Virus record (IMG/VR): IMGVR_UViG_3300042402_002841
Coordinates: 1-64,000 of that record
DNA: 64,000 nt
Reading direction: 5' to 3' (one strand)
DNA from: a virus
Below, one piece after another: positions 1 through 9,805 of the stretch. Under the pieces are notes generated by a model. The model was not told where the DNA came from. It saw only the letters and a program-made list of their open reading frames with translations, and ran no database searches. Made by a program: the position numbers and the translations under genes. Each line of letters begins with the position of its first letter. The first letter of the stretch is position 1.

Positions 1-1323
1 AGTGCATTGGTTCGCAAGGACCTCAGAGAATCCCTGATTCGGACCACAGACTCCACCGTCAGTCACCCAAATAACTGGAGCAGAAGAGTGTTGTCGGTGC
101 TTCACTGCCCATTCAAGAGCAGGGAAGTCCACGCCGTTGCCTTGACCCATTCGGGGAATCTCGTCTACCATGCGACCCTTGTCGGCAAGAATCCAAGCGT
201 TTGTGTACTCGCAGTCGGAATCCATTTGGGAGTATGCAATCACTGTTGCCCCTGGGGAAGCCTCAAGAATCTTCACAATATCATCACGAGTAATCGCCAT
301 TGAACCTGAAGCGTCCACACAGATGACTCCACCCAGCCCACGCCGTTTCGTATCAAAGATTCGGCGTTGTGGGTCAGTCATGTATCGGTGCAATCGGCGT
401 GGTGAGCGACCAACATTAGAGACGGACTTCTTCTTTCCCAATCCACCCTTTGCCACAATCGGCTTCGGTGGATTTTCAATATTCAACTCGCCCCAATACG
501 GGATTCCTCCTTCCATGCGGTCAGGAGTGATAGAGGAGATTCGCTCTTTTACTTTCTTCTCTGAGTCTTTTGAGATTCCTTTGTTGGAATGTTCACGCTT
601 GTGATTTTCACCGTTCTCTTCGCCTGAACCCTCTCCTGATTCTGAAGATTCTGAATCTTGTACTTCCTCTTCATTTTCGGAAGGTGGCTCCATTCCAGCA
701 AGACGGTCAATCCATTCAGCAATCTTTTCAGTGAAGAAGAATCCGTACGGAGCGAGACCAGTGTTCTTGTGAACACTTGTTGAGCCAAGTTTTCCAGTCT
801 TGTACGCCTTGTCAATTTCTTTGAGTGCTCGCTTTGAGATATCCAACAATGCAGAGCCCCACAAGCGATTATGTCGGCGCACACCGTTGAGAAAAGGCTT
901 GCTAGACGCAGTACCAGCGGTAGCGACTGCCATATAGACAGCATTACGCCAATCTTCGGTACAAGCAAGTCGCTCACCGTCAGCGGTCTCTCCACCGTCA
1001 GACAGGTACTCTTCAACATTGAAGCCAGCCTTCTTACACAGGTAGTTCACTCGCAATTCCTCACAAGCGATTAGAGATTCCTTGGTAGCAATCTTACGAT
1101 TCTGCCACTCACCCCATTCTCCAGCAGGAGAAACCTTTGCATGCATGAGTTCATGTGCTCGGATAACTCTCGCTTGTTCAGTGTCATGAGACGGAACACG
1201 CATGATTCGTTCAACGACTGCAGTCGCAGGGATTCCTCGGCGTGGCTCGCAATCTTCTACGAGCCACTGACCGTTCTCAATATCCTTACGACCAAGCCAT
1301 TCAGGTTCGGCTATGTGCTTCAT
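1..1323 (-). CDS. HExxH metallopeptidase-like + VWA domain protein, partner of MoxR ATPase (runs off window edge)
   Basis: Hand translation from ATG 1323: MKHIAEPEWLGRK...RAHELMHAKV (HExxH), later GGVICVDASGSM (MIDAS DxSxS) and VIWVTDG. Overlaps the stop of the AAA gene. Not in the ORF track because it is truncated. Confidence 0.75.
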   Translation of the reverse strand, partial: MKHIAEPEWLGRKDIENGQWLVEDCEPRRGIPATAVVERIMRVPSHDTEQARVIRAHELMHAKVSPAGEWGEWQNRKIATKESLIACEELRVNYLCKKAGFNVEEYLSDGGETADGERLACTEDWRNAVYMAVATAGTASSKPFLNGVRRHNRLWGSALLDISKRALKEIDKAYKTGKLGSTSVHKNTGLAPYGFFFTEKIAEWIDRLAGMEPPSENEEEVQDSESSESGEGSGEENGENHKREHSNKGISKDSEKKVKERISSITPDRMEGGIPYWGELNIENPPKPIVAKGGLGKKKSVSNVGRSPRRLHRYMTDPQRRIFDTKRRGLGGVICVDASGSMAITRDDIVKILEASPGATVIAYSQMDSDCEYTNAWILADKGRMVDEIPRMGQGNGVDFPALEWAVKHRQHSSAPVIWVTDGGVCGPNQGFSEVLANQCT

Positions 1324-2039
1324 GAGATTTTATCTACAGCGATAGCGTCAAGAACAGATGAGGCTCGGTCACCAAAGATGATTTTCGCTGAACGCTCATC
1401 GCCCAACTGCTTGCGCAATTTGTCAAATGCCATAAATGTGCGGAGCGAGATTCGGTTCTTGCCAGCGTCAGCCATACGGACTGCGTAGCCACGCAACTCA
1501 CGGCTCAACTTGTCCAGCGCACTAGGGTGCGGAGCGTTGATACGGATACGGATAGGGAATCGGTCAGCGAGCGCCATTGGCAACTCTTCCATGTTCTCAA
1601 TATTTGTAGTCATGATTGCTGAGAATCCGTCTTTCGGACGATGGACACGACCAGTCTCAGGGTGCTCCCAAGAAGCAGACTCAGGTGAGTCAAGCATGGC
1701 AAGCAAGAGTGCGAACACATCGCCTGACGCCTTGTCAATCTCATCCACGATGAGACGACCACCAGTAATTCCATTGCCTTCCCAAGCCTTGAGACCAGCG
1801 CCAGCGACCCATGAGAACTTACCGTTCCCGTCAGGCATGAATGCGCCAGTCACATCCATTGAAGTCATATCTTCTGTGCAGACCAATCGGTGTGCTCCAG
1901 CCTCAATGTTTCCAAAGTTGAGTCCTGCATATGTCTTGCCAGTTCCAGCAGGACCAAACAAGATAATTCGGTCAATGCCTGCGTCTAGGCAATCTTTTAC
2001 ATCTTGCCAACATTGTGGCAATTGGGTTGTTGTTTCCAC
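1320..2039 (-). CDS. MoxR/CbbQ-like AAA+ ATPase
   Basis: Walker A GPAGTGKT, Walker B LIVDEIDKA, sensor TTN, ALADRF arginine finger. Confidence 0.85.
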   Translation of the reverse strand: METTTQLPQCWQDVKDCLDAGIDRIILFGPAGTGKTYAGLNFGNIEAGAHRLVCTEDMTSMDVTGAFMPDGNGKFSWVAGAGLKAWEGNGITGGRLIVDEIDKASGDVFALLLAMLDSPESASWEHPETGRVHRPKDGFSAIMTTNIENMEELPMALADRFPIRIRINAPHPSALDKLSRELRGYAVRMADAGKNRISLRTFMAFDKLRKQLGDERSAKIIFGDRASSVLDAIAVDKIS

Positions 2040-2109
2040 TTTTTTCTCCTTTGTGAGTGGATTGATAACTTCAGATTATAGGTAGTAAGTAGCAGTCACA
2101 ACCTTGGTG

Positions 2110-2595
2110 TCAAGATTTTTCTGCTTTTCTATCTGCCTCAGCATCACGGATTTCCCATAGACCTTTTTTGATTTTTCGGAATGTGGGTGATTCGCTAATG
2201 AACTTCAAGGTAGTTGCGTAAGAGAACCCTGATACTTCCTCTAACTGCTCGGTAGTAAATTGCTCAAAGAGATGGTCTTTAGTCCAGTCCAAGAAAGCGT
2301 CATACTTGTCGGCACGGCGGGGCTTTGGTGACATCAGTTCATCCTCAGACACAATTTCGTTACAGTACTCGGCGACAACCTGTGTGATTACATCTGTCGG
2401 AATTGAATATGTGGCTAGGTAGCGCGCTGGATTCCCTGACCCATTCCATGTTTGCAGGACATACAAAGCACGAGTCTGTTGCGACATTTCATGGATTACC
2501 TCAAAAGGAACCTTGTACTTCTCTCCATACTCCTTTACGGCTTCATCCCACAGGGATTTATGCAGTTTGTTGATTTGTTCTAATGTGATGTTCAT
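2110..2595 (-). CDS. hypothetical protein, possible C-terminal winged HTH
   Basis: ORF; ATG overlaps the stop of the upstream small ORF; ends FRKIKKGLWEI. Confidence 0.6.
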   Translation of the reverse strand: MNITLEQINKLHKSLWDEAVKEYGEKYKVPFEVIHEMSQQTRALYVLQTWNGSGNPARYLATYSIPTDVITQVVAEYCNEIVSEDELMSPKPRRADKYDAFLDWTKDHLFEQFTTEQLEEVSGFSYATTLKFISESPTFRKIKKGLWEIRDAEADRKAEKS

Positions 2596-2771
2596 CGCAG
2601 TATCTCCTGTACGCAGGTGTAGCAGACCCATTGTCCTGACTCAAAATCATAAGGCTTCAGGAAAGTCCACTTTCCCTCACCGAAGTATCCGCACTCACAA
2701 TCAAGTTCAGGCATATCTTCAATATTGTCCTCAGTTATTTCTAATGTGTCTAAGTCTTTGTATTCACTCAT
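2592..2771 (-). CDS. small Cys-containing hypothetical protein (leaderless)
   Basis: ATG 35 nt from the promoter at 2806; MSEYKDLD...CECG...CYTC. Confidence 0.6.
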   Translation of the reverse strand: MSEYKDLDTLEITEDNIEDMPELDCECGYFGEGKWTFLKPYDFESGQWVCYTCVQEILR

Positions 2772-2893
2772 ACCATCACTCTATCGGTAGTAGGTCATAA
2801 ACACAACATCTCTAGACAGATTTATCTACAGCCCCTTAGGGGCCCCGATGCTGTATTATCTTTTTATTGATTATTTTTAGGAAGGTCAGACTC

Positions 2894-3145
2894 ATGAGAA
2901 AACTTACTCCAGAAGAAAGAGCAGCGAAGAAGGCGGGACAGGTCGCCGAGGTTGTTGCAGCAGAACCAAAGAAGAAGGCAAAGAAGGCTGAGAAGGTTGT
3001 TGATGCCGAACCAAAAGGAATCGGCGCAGATTCTTTCGTGATGCCTTCAGGTAAATCTATTAAAGAAGAAGCCCCAGTTGCAGCAGAAAAAGACGAAAAA
3101 GTCACCAATTCTGTACCTGCGGCGGAAGAAGATTCAGCCAAGTAG
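2894..3145 (+). CDS. Lys/Ala/Glu-rich low-complexity protein
   Basis: ORF; composition. Confidence 0.55.
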   Translation: MRKLTPEERAAKKAGQVAEVVAAEPKKKAKKAEKVVDAEPKGIGADSFVMPSGKSIKEEAPVAAEKDEKVTNSVPAAEEDSAK

Positions 3146-3201
3146 CAAAAAAGTGAACACACTCAAGGGGTGTGTCAGGGTTTCCGCCACCGTTAGTGCA
3201 T

Positions 3202-3390
3202 TTAGATAACAGCGTCTCTAAGCGCTCTATGCACCGAGTATCCGTGTCTAAGGGCGATATCGGTAATCTGTGAATCGCTACCCTCTTCTAGTTCAGAGTT
3301 CTCAATGTCGCTCAGTTGCTCCGTGTCTACGATGTAGCAGTCTGCAGCATTCACGATAGTCCCGCTCTGTGCGTCAATAATAAGTTTCAT
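3202..3390 (-). CDS. hypothetical protein
   Basis: ORF with AAAGGA SD. Confidence 0.55.
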   Translation of the reverse strand: MKLIIDAQSGTIVNAADCYIVDTEQLSDIENSELEEGSDSQITDIALRHGYSVHRALRDAVI

Positions 3391-3440
3391 GGTTTCCTTT
3401 CATAGGTGAGTGGGGATTTCTCCCCACCCACCCAACTTGA

Positions 3441-3854
3441 TTAGGCGCTTATGCGGTCAAACGCTTCACGGAGAGCGTCAGCAAGAAAGCCAACGCCACC
3501 TGTGTCGGTAATGATTTCTTCATCATCTGCGAAACGCATAGCCGACAGTATTTCTTCTGCTGTCACTAGCGCCACGAGAAGGACACGCTTGCGGTCAGGG
3601 TGTAGGCTAGGTTGTCCATCCACTTCGCCATTTTCGTTGAGTGGCGCAGCCCAGCCACTAGTAGTTACCGCTAATCCAGCGATTTTTAGTGGTGAGTCTA
3701 TTTTTTGACTAAGCAAGTGATAAACATCAAAGCCATTTCCGATAAGAAATGTCTCGCCCGTTTCTAGGACTCCATAGAGACCTGCTTCGGGAAGTCGTGC
3801 GTCTTGGAAGTCTTGTTCACGCACTATTTTTTCTGCTATTTCTTTTGTGTTCAC
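3441..3854 (-). CDS. hypothetical protein
   Basis: GTG start after AGGAG SD, downstream of the conserved promoter at 3914. Confidence 0.65.
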   Translation of the reverse strand: MNTKEIAEKIVREQDFQDARLPEAGLYGVLETGETFLIGNGFDVYHLLSQKIDSPLKIAGLAVTTSGWAAPLNENGEVDGQPSLHPDRKRVLLVALVTAEEILSAMRFADDEEIITDTGGVGFLADALREAFDRISA

Positions 3855-3914
3855 CTTTTCTCCTTTTTTGATTGGTGATACTTTTAGGTTATCGGTAGTA
3901 GGTCGCAATCACAA

Positions 3915-4229
3915 CTAAGCAACTGAATAAGTTGGCTTGATTGTTTTTGCGATAAACGAACCGAGACTATCTGCGAACATCATGTCAAAGATGACAGAGT
4001 GAGGAACGCCCTCGTATGTGTAGTGGATGTCGCTAGACTTGTACTTGACCACAAGTTCCTTTGTTACAACATTGTATGACCAAAAGTTGATAGCGGTGCT
4101 ATACAAGGTTGATGACGCAATACTATCGTCATTGAGCCAAGCCATTTCATCATTGGCGTAACGGAGACCCTTACGAACCTCGCCATACTTCTCTGATGTT
4201 GCTATTGGGGTAAGTGCTGTTTCATTCAT
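3915..4229 (-). CDS. KTSC domain protein
   Basis: YN...ELVVKYK...YTYEGVP...MMFADSLGSFIAKTIK resembles the KTSC pattern; leaderless start. Confidence 0.7.
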   Translation of the reverse strand: MNETALTPIATSEKYGEVRKGLRYANDEMAWLNDDSIASSTLYSTAINFWSYNVVTKELVVKYKSSDIHYTYEGVPHSVIFDMMFADSLGSFIAKTIKPTYSVA

Positions 4230-4323
4230 ACCTTCAGATTATCGGTAGTAAGCAGTAAGCACAACCTGTATTTATTTTTTTCTTCATGTTGTGATTATCA
4301 CTTACAACCTGTACCTTGTAAGT

Positions 4324-4740
4324 ATGAAAGAAAAAGAAGAACTTGTACGACTGGCAAAAGAACTAGACGCTCTTATGCCATTACCTGACTCACCTGAAGA
4401 TGAGAAAGTCCCTGTCATGTTTGGCGAGGGTGGCTTCATTGTCATGGGTGATAATGGTTCACCACTAATCTTAGGGACATACAACGACCCTGAAGTGATG
4501 TTTGGTGACAAGTCAATCTCGCCGTTCGCAAACGGCTTCGGACACTTGTTCGCCGTGAACTATGGCGCACTTTTTGATGAAGATGAGGACACCCTTCGGG
4601 CTATGCGTGTCATTGTAGGCGTAACAGCAGACGGACTCGCTACTAGCGTCTTTCGTGACCTCTTGACAAACGAGATTATCTTCATAGATGAGAACTGCGA
4701 GCAGACACCGTTTGACCCCGTGTTGGGAATGTTTGAGTGA
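4324..4740 (+). CDS. hypothetical protein (leaderless)
   Basis: ATG 35 nt after the promoter at 4289. Confidence 0.65.
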   Translation: MKEKEELVRLAKELDALMPLPDSPEDEKVPVMFGEGGFIVMGDNGSPLILGTYNDPEVMFGDKSISPFANGFGHLFAVNYGALFDEDEDTLRAMRVIVGVTADGLATSVFRDLLTNEIIFIDENCEQTPFDPVLGMFE

Positions 4741-4919
4741 GAAAGTTGAGAAACCTTGCCGAACAGGAGCCCCGTGCTCTTGCTCCTAAGTTATTGCTTG
4801 CGCTCTTGGGTGCTGGCTATCTTATTCTGTTCGTGTGGTCGGGGCTTGCGCTCGCACTCGGAGTTTTTACTATCTACATACTTTTCCTACTAAACATTAT
4901 TAGAAAAGTTTTAGATTGA
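4737..4919 (+). CDS. small membrane protein
   Basis: Two hydrophobic stretches; start overlaps the upstream stop. Confidence 0.5.
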   Translation: MRKLRNLAEQEPRALAPKLLLALLGAGYLILFVWSGLALALGVFTIYILFLLNIIRKVLD

Positions 4920-4980
4920 GGTTGTCATTACAACTTACAACCGATAATCTGAAAGTACCACCAAGTAAAAGGAGACAAAA

Positions 4981-5400
4981 GTGGCACAACAAAAATCCAT
5001 AAATGTAAAGGTGACTACGGCAAAAGTCATAGAAGCCTTAGAGAAATCACTTGCTAGTCGCAAGAAGATAATGTCTGATTATGAAAAGTCAGGACAGGCT
5101 CACGAAAAGGCTGTCGCTGATTGGGAAAAGTCAGTCATTGAGTATGTCAAGTCAGGCAAGGCAAAACCTACTCAGGTGTCGCAGTCCAATAACTGGCGAA
5201 CAGACACAAAGGAAGCATCTATCCTGATTACACTTCCAGCGAGCCTTGTATGTCCTGAGAAGCCCGACACGCCACGCGAGGTATGGAATCTCAATTCAGA
5301 AATTGAGGAACTGGAAAACGCTATCGCTCTGCTCAAGATGACAGACGAGGAGTATGTATCTACTAGCACCTACCGAGGCGTTTCTCGTCTAATCAAATAG
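4981..5400 (+). CDS. hypothetical coiled-coil protein
   Basis: GTG start, AAGGAG SD, conserved promoter upstream and hairpin downstream. Confidence 0.7.
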   Translation: MAQQKSINVKVTTAKVIEALEKSLASRKKIMSDYEKSGQAHEKAVADWEKSVIEYVKSGKAKPTQVSQSNNWRTDTKEASILITLPASLVCPEKPDTPREVWNLNSEIEELENAIALLKMTDEEYVSTSTYRGVSRLIK

Positions 5401-5559
5401 TTCCCACTCACAGATTGGGTGGCAGTCCTAGTGGCTGTCCACCCATTTTGTGTGCCGAGCGGGGCTCGGCTACGAGCACGAAAAATCTTTGTCGGTCAGG
5501 TTGTGGTTGTTACCTACAACCGATAATCTGAAAGTACCTACTACTAAAGGAGATAAAAA

Positions 5560-6045
5560 GTGGGCTTAGACCAATACCTTACAGCGAAGAAGTTTCTTTC
5601 GCCCTCAGAGTGGCGTGGAGAAACTGTGAACGCACAGTACGACACAGTCGTCAAGGCTATTCAGGCAGAGAAATTAGTAAACTCGCCGTATCCTTCCGCT
5701 TCTGTGGAAATTAGCGTTGGCTACTGGCGTAAAGAAAACGCCATTCACCAGTGGTTTGTAGACAACTGTCAAGACGGCGAAGATGATTGTCGTGAGGCTC
5801 GTGTTAGCCGTGAGCAACTTGAGACACTGAAGTCTGTATGTGAAACGATTTTGCTTGACAAGCAACTCGTGAAAACAGATGACCTCGCTAAGGAGATGTT
5901 ACCCACGGCTTCAGGTTTCTTTTTCGGCTCTACCGACTTTGACGAGTGGTACTACAAAGGGCTAGAGGACACGATTGAGATTATCAAGCATTGTCTTTCT
6001 CCCCAGTTTGAGGGCTGGGAGTTCTACTACCAATCATCTTGGTAG
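5560..6045 (+). CDS. conserved phage hypothetical protein (MGLDQY...YWRKxNAIHxWF family)
   Basis: Recognisable motifs YWRKENAIHQWF, GFFFGS, YQSSW; SD AAGGAG. Confidence 0.75.
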   Translation: MGLDQYLTAKKFLSPSEWRGETVNAQYDTVVKAIQAEKLVNSPYPSASVEISVGYWRKENAIHQWFVDNCQDGEDDCREARVSREQLETLKSVCETILLDKQLVKTDDLAKEMLPTASGFFFGSTDFDEWYYKGLEDTIEIIKHCLSPQFEGWEFYYQSSW

Positions 6046-6156
6046 CAGGGCGAGGGGGGCGAGAGCCCCGAGTGGGGTTCCCCTAGTGACATCAGTCAGG
6101 TTGTCATTAGGGGTTACTACCGTTATCCTGACGCAACCCCTATGAAAAGGAAAATT

Positions 6157-6423
6157 ATGAACATTATTGAGACGCAATCAAAGCCGATTACATCACTAGC
6201 ACGAACAGACAATGGCAAAGTGGACATCAACGCTTACATCAACCTAGAAGGTGTAATCAGTCAAGACGGCTTGAGTATCGCTGTGAAGACAATCGGGGCT
6301 CGTGTTCGCTACGGACATCTTGATTTAGAGATTGTTCCAGTTGCTGGAACTGGTCACCGTTGGATTGAGCGCAAAAACATTCTTCTAATGAACGACCCTG
6401 CGCTAAATACTTCTCCGTTCTAA
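6157..6423 (+). CDS. hypothetical protein
   Basis: ORF downstream of the promoter at 6101. Confidence 0.55.
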   Translation: MNIIETQSKPITSLARTDNGKVDINAYINLEGVISQDGLSIAVKTIGARVRYGHLDLEIVPVAGTGHRWIERKNILLMNDPALNTSPF

Positions 6424-6460
6424 GGTTGTCATTACGACTTACTACCGATAAAGTGAACTT

Positions 6461-6613
6461 ATGAATACATACAAAGTTGTTCGCTTCTATAAAGACGCAA
6501 TGCGTGACAAGAAAGTGATTCTCACAGGTCTCACTTTAGAAGATGCGCAAGCACACTGTAAGCGTGAAGACACCCGTGGTGACGACTGGTTTGATGGGTA
6601 CGAAGAGGAATGA
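6461..6613 (+). CDS. 50-aa hypothetical protein (leaderless)
   Basis: MNTYKVVRFYKD...AQAHC...WFDGYEEE; ATG 35 nt after the promoter at 6426. Confidence 0.65.
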   Translation: MNTYKVVRFYKDAMRDKKVILTGLTLEDAQAHCKREDTRGDDWFDGYEEE

Positions 6614-6837
6614 AAATTCCTTTCCGCCACCGTAAGCAGATTAGAAAACACGAAAATGCCCACAGGGAACACCTAAAAGGGCTGGAATCCAAGAATGTAA
6701 CCAACCTGCGCATCGGGGCCTCGGGCGCTGCTGACGCAGGTATGTTCTTGGATAAATCTAAAAAAGACTTGGTAAATGTTGTCATTCCCACCTACAACCG
6801 ATACATTGGAAGTATGAGTGGGAAGGAGGTGAACCAA

Positions 6838-6981
6838 ATGAACAAGTCTTACCGTGTGGCTATGGCACAGGCTCTCTTGACAGAGTTGGCTGAAGCAGTA
6901 GCCCGTTACGGCGCAGACAACGAAGGCGTAAAGCGTCTCCACCGCATGGTGCGAGCGATGGTCGCTGAGTTGTTAGCCTAA
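6838..6981 (+). CDS. 47-aa helical protein, paralog of 14101-14244
   Basis: MNKSYRVAMAQALLTELAEAVARYGADNEGVKRLHRMVRAMVAELLA; GGAGGTGA SD; second in-frame ATG at 6814. Confidence 0.75.
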   Translation: MNKSYRVAMAQALLTELAEAVARYGADNEGVKRLHRMVRAMVAELLA

Positions 6982-7004
6982 CAACTAACGGAACCGCCAT
7001 TGGA

Positions 7005-7220
7005 ACGGCGCTCGGGGGAGCGTGGCAACAGAATCCCCCAGCCCCCCACAGGCGTTGCCGTGGGCGTTCACAGAGCATGGCTCTGAGGCGCAGGCAAAGC
7101 GAGACCCGTACGGGTGCCCCGCTACAAACTTTGCTTGCGTTGGTACTCAGAGTGCTGTGAACACCTACGGGAGCGTCGGCACGGGGCTTTTCTTCCCACT
7201 CTTTCAGCCCTGTGCCGATT
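7005..7220 (+). ncRNA. putative structured RNA: long imperfect hairpin plus terminal hairpin
   Basis: 7058-7099 pairs with 7129-7170 using G-U wobbles and bulges; followed by the TCGGCACGGGGCT/AGCCCTGTGCCGA hairpin. Confidence 0.55.
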
Positions 7221-7268
7221 GCCCATTCTCAGGTTGTGATTATGACCTACAACCGATAAAGTGAAATT

Positions 7269-7490
7269 ATGGATACAAAATACGACATTGCGTGTAAGCG
7301 CAAGTTCTATGAACTACTAGAAACTCACGAGCGACAGGCAGGTTACTCACCTAGTCAGTTACTGTCCGTGATGATTGTCATGGAGTGTGAGAAAGAAAAG
7401 GCTATGAGCCTGATTGACGAACACGCTCACGGATTGGATTGGTCTGAGGCGACTTGGACTGAGTTGCGTGATTACTTCCAAAATGTATGA
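7269..7490 (+). CDS. hypothetical protein (leaderless)
   Basis: ATG 35 nt after the promoter. Confidence 0.65.
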   Translation: MDTKYDIACKRKFYELLETHERQAGYSPSQLLSVMIVMECEKEKAMSLIDEHAHGLDWSEATWTELRDYFQNV

Positions 7491-7693
7491 AGTTACTCAT
7501 TGACTTGATAAAGCAAGAGTACGGCGTTGCGGAGTGCGAGCACCTGATAGGCCCCGACCCTTGCGCCAAACTTGACCGACTCACCGAAACTATCGTATTG
7601 GAGTCGGGGCTATGGCGCGTGCGTGATGTGTGCGCCGAGTGCAGAGACGAGGCGTTGAGTCACCCAATAGGGAAATTGAACAACGGGTTGTGA
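7487..7693 (+). CDS. hypothetical Cys-containing protein
   Basis: ATGA overlap; CxxC motif. Confidence 0.55.
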   Translation: MKLLIDLIKQEYGVAECEHLIGPDPCAKLDRLTETIVLESGLWRVRDVCAECRDEALSHPIGKLNNGL

Positions 7694-7722
7694 TTACGAC
7701 TTATAACCGATAATCTGAAGGT

Positions 7723-8148
7723 ATGACTACTACAGACACGCTCAAGGGCGAAATTACTAACACCTGCACCTGCAACCTTTTTGAGGAAGATGGTGAAGAA
7801 AAGTCACTTGACGAAACTTACAACACTGGTTGTTTCGGAGATTGTTGGGAGTTCGCAGTTGAGGACTTTGCAATGATTACCGAGGAACTTCGTGACTCCA
7901 ACGAAACTGGTTGGTGGAAGGTTGAGAATCTTCGTCTATGGAATGGCGACACTGGTGGACTCTTTCCTGCCGACACGGTAGCGAAACTCATTGAGGGCAT
8001 GACCGTTCGTAGCGAGTGGACAATGCGCTATGAAGTATTTGCAGACCGCATTGAGTACTCACTGTCTCACCATGACGCACCTACTGGTAGCACCACAACC
8101 GTTCGCCCAGTCACGGAAGATGAGCGTGAGGAATGGGGGTTGTACTAA
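7723..8148 (+). CDS. hypothetical protein (leaderless)
   Basis: ATG 35 nt after the promoter; CTC, CxxxC and SHHD motifs. Confidence 0.7.
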   Translation: MTTTDTLKGEITNTCTCNLFEEDGEEKSLDETYNTGCFGDCWEFAVEDFAMITEELRDSNETGWWKVENLRLWNGDTGGLFPADTVAKLIEGMTVRSEWTMRYEVFADRIEYSLSHHDAPTGSTTTVRPVTEDEREEWGLY

Positions 8149-8459
8149 TGGCTCAAGGCAAACGACATTCAGACGAATACCTGCGTGAAGTCGCCCGTGT
8201 GTACAACGAGGCGTTTGAGTCCCGTACTTTAGTTCAAGTTCACGGGTTTGTACAAGAGGCAGTAATGAAGCACTTTGACATACCGCTAACAACCGCAACG
8301 AAACAAATAATGGAAGCCCGCAAACGGGGCTTTATCCTCACAGCCAAAGAACTAAAAACTCAACTGAAACAAGACAAGTTGCAGAGAGAGTACGACAAGG
8401 CAAAAGAAGCAGTGGAGAGGTTGTCATTACAACTTACAACCGATAAGGTGAAGGTATGA
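8148..8459 (+). CDS. HTH-like hypothetical protein
   Basis: EAVMKHFDIPLTTATKQIMEARKRG; TAATG coupling; its last codons overlap the next promoter. Confidence 0.55.
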   Translation: MAQGKRHSDEYLREVARVYNEAFESRTLVQVHGFVQEAVMKHFDIPLTTATKQIMEARKRGFILTAKELKTQLKQDKLQREYDKAKEAVERLSLQLTTDKVKV

Positions 8460-8806
8460 AACGAGCATTAGTTATCCCAGCAGAATCCGCACCTACAACC
8501 ATCATGGTTGAGGATAATCACATCACTATCCGTAACATCGTTGGCGGTTGGTTTGATTGTGTGCGCCAAAAATCCTTTCATGGCTATGTCAATGACACTG
8601 GCTTGATTGACGGACTTCCTTTCAACCCTGTTGCGAGCATTGTGTTCGGTCAGGTCATCTGTGGTGACGCAGTCCTGTTCGGCTCTCTCAATGCTCAAGG
8701 CGAGTATGACGGTTATGAACACGCCATTGACCCAGCCATCTGTGAAGCGGTACGCCAGCAGTGGTTCCTGTTCAAGACGAACGCTAACGCAGGAGTGAAG
8801 TCGTAA
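8456..8806 (+). CDS. DUF3846-like protein
   Basis: IVGGWFDCV...YVNDTGL...LPFNPVAS...ICGDAVL pattern. Confidence 0.65.
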   Translation: MKRALVIPAESAPTTIMVEDNHITIRNIVGGWFDCVRQKSFHGYVNDTGLIDGLPFNPVASIVFGQVICGDAVLFGSLNAQGEYDGYEHAIDPAICEAVRQQWFLFKTNANAGVKS

Positions 8807-9108
8807 TGGGGTGGGTTATTTACTCATTCATTCTCGGTTGGGTCATCGCCAAGCACGACTGGTCTGACTTGTTCAGCGAAGCCCCGATGGACTGTACACA
8901 CGCATGGGAAAACAACCATTGTTATGCGTGTGGAGTAAATCGCTAAGGGCTTTCCGCCACCGTCAGAGGATTAGAAAACACACAGTTCTGGTCGGGGCTC
9001 GTGCCCTTCTTCCCACTCATAAACGAGCCCTGACCACCCTTCTCAGTTGTATAAAAAAATGTTCTTCCGCAAGTTGTTATTATTACTTACTACCTATAAT
9101 CTGAAATT

Positions 9109-9360
9109 ATGAGCAATTTACCCCCAGGCTGTAGCCATAGCGACCTTCCAGGTTGGCACGACATTGAGCGTGACTTTGACTTCTATTGTGAGTCATGCGA
9201 CCACGAGTGGACAGAGGTGGATTACACCGTTGATAGTCGTGGTGGTAGCGAGGTTGAGTCCAAGTGTCCGTTGTGCGGAGAACCGCACACGATTGAGGAT
9301 AATCCCGACTACGACAATAGCCCTTCTTACGAGGATTGGGTTGACGCAGGGCGACCCTAA
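9109..9360 (+). CDS. zinc-ribbon protein (leaderless)
   Basis: CESC...CPLC; SNLPPG N-terminus. Confidence 0.7.
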   Translation: MSNLPPGCSHSDLPGWHDIERDFDFYCESCDHEWTEVDYTVDSRGGSEVESKCPLCGEPHTIEDNPDYDNSPSYEDWVDAGRP

Positions 9361-9413
9361 CCACCCGAACTGGTGAAGTTGTTTTTTGTACCTACTACCG
9401 ATAAAGTGAAATT

Positions 9414-9623
9414 ATGAACGGCGAAATAATAGACATTCAGACACGGAATCTTGACGGAGAACAAGCAACAATGCTAATCGTCAAGAACCACAACATCTAC
9501 GAGGTCACCTTGACTCTTGACGGCAATACTACTAATCGTTACAAAACTTCAGAACTAGAACTGTGCTACCTATGGGCACAGGGACAGATACGGAATCACG
9601 GTTATTCTGTGGAGTATGAGTAA
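9414..9623 (+). CDS. hypothetical protein (leaderless)
   Basis: ATG 35 nt after the promoter. Confidence 0.6.
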   Translation: MNGEIIDIQTRNLDGEQATMLIVKNHNIYEVTLTLDGNTTNRYKTSELELCYLWAQGQIRNHGYSVEYE

Positions 9624-9805
9624 TGGGTTTGCTCTCGCACATTCTCGCCTATCAGGTAGGCAAACGGCGGGGCAGGCGCAAGACCCAACGCACGATTGTG
9701 TACGCTCACGAAGGCGACCCCGTGTGTGTGAACTACGAAAGTTTCTGCCTAAATTACGGCAGTTGTGACGGAATGGAATGTGATTATGAACACGATGAAA
9801 TGTAG
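9623..9805 (+). CDS. small Cys-rich protein
   Basis: Coupled ORF. Confidence 0.5.
   Translation: MGLLSHILAYQVGKRRGRRKTQRTIVYAHEGDPVCVNYESFCLNYGSCDGMECDYEHDEM

Noticed and set aside
7-1488. ORF-track calls 7-303, 170-604, 549-1019, 871-1074 and 1141-1488
   Set aside because: Shadow frames of the truncated minus-strand VWA gene starting at 1323.
6610-6813. N-terminal extension of the 123-aa ORF, and similar extensions at 4291, 11512 and 14929
   Set aside because: The extensions translate regulatory motifs; promoter geometry and the paralog place the true starts downstream.
7015-7040. GGCAAC as part of a SAM-I riboswitch
   Set aside because: Other conserved SAM-I elements are absent and the element lies 3' of the gene.
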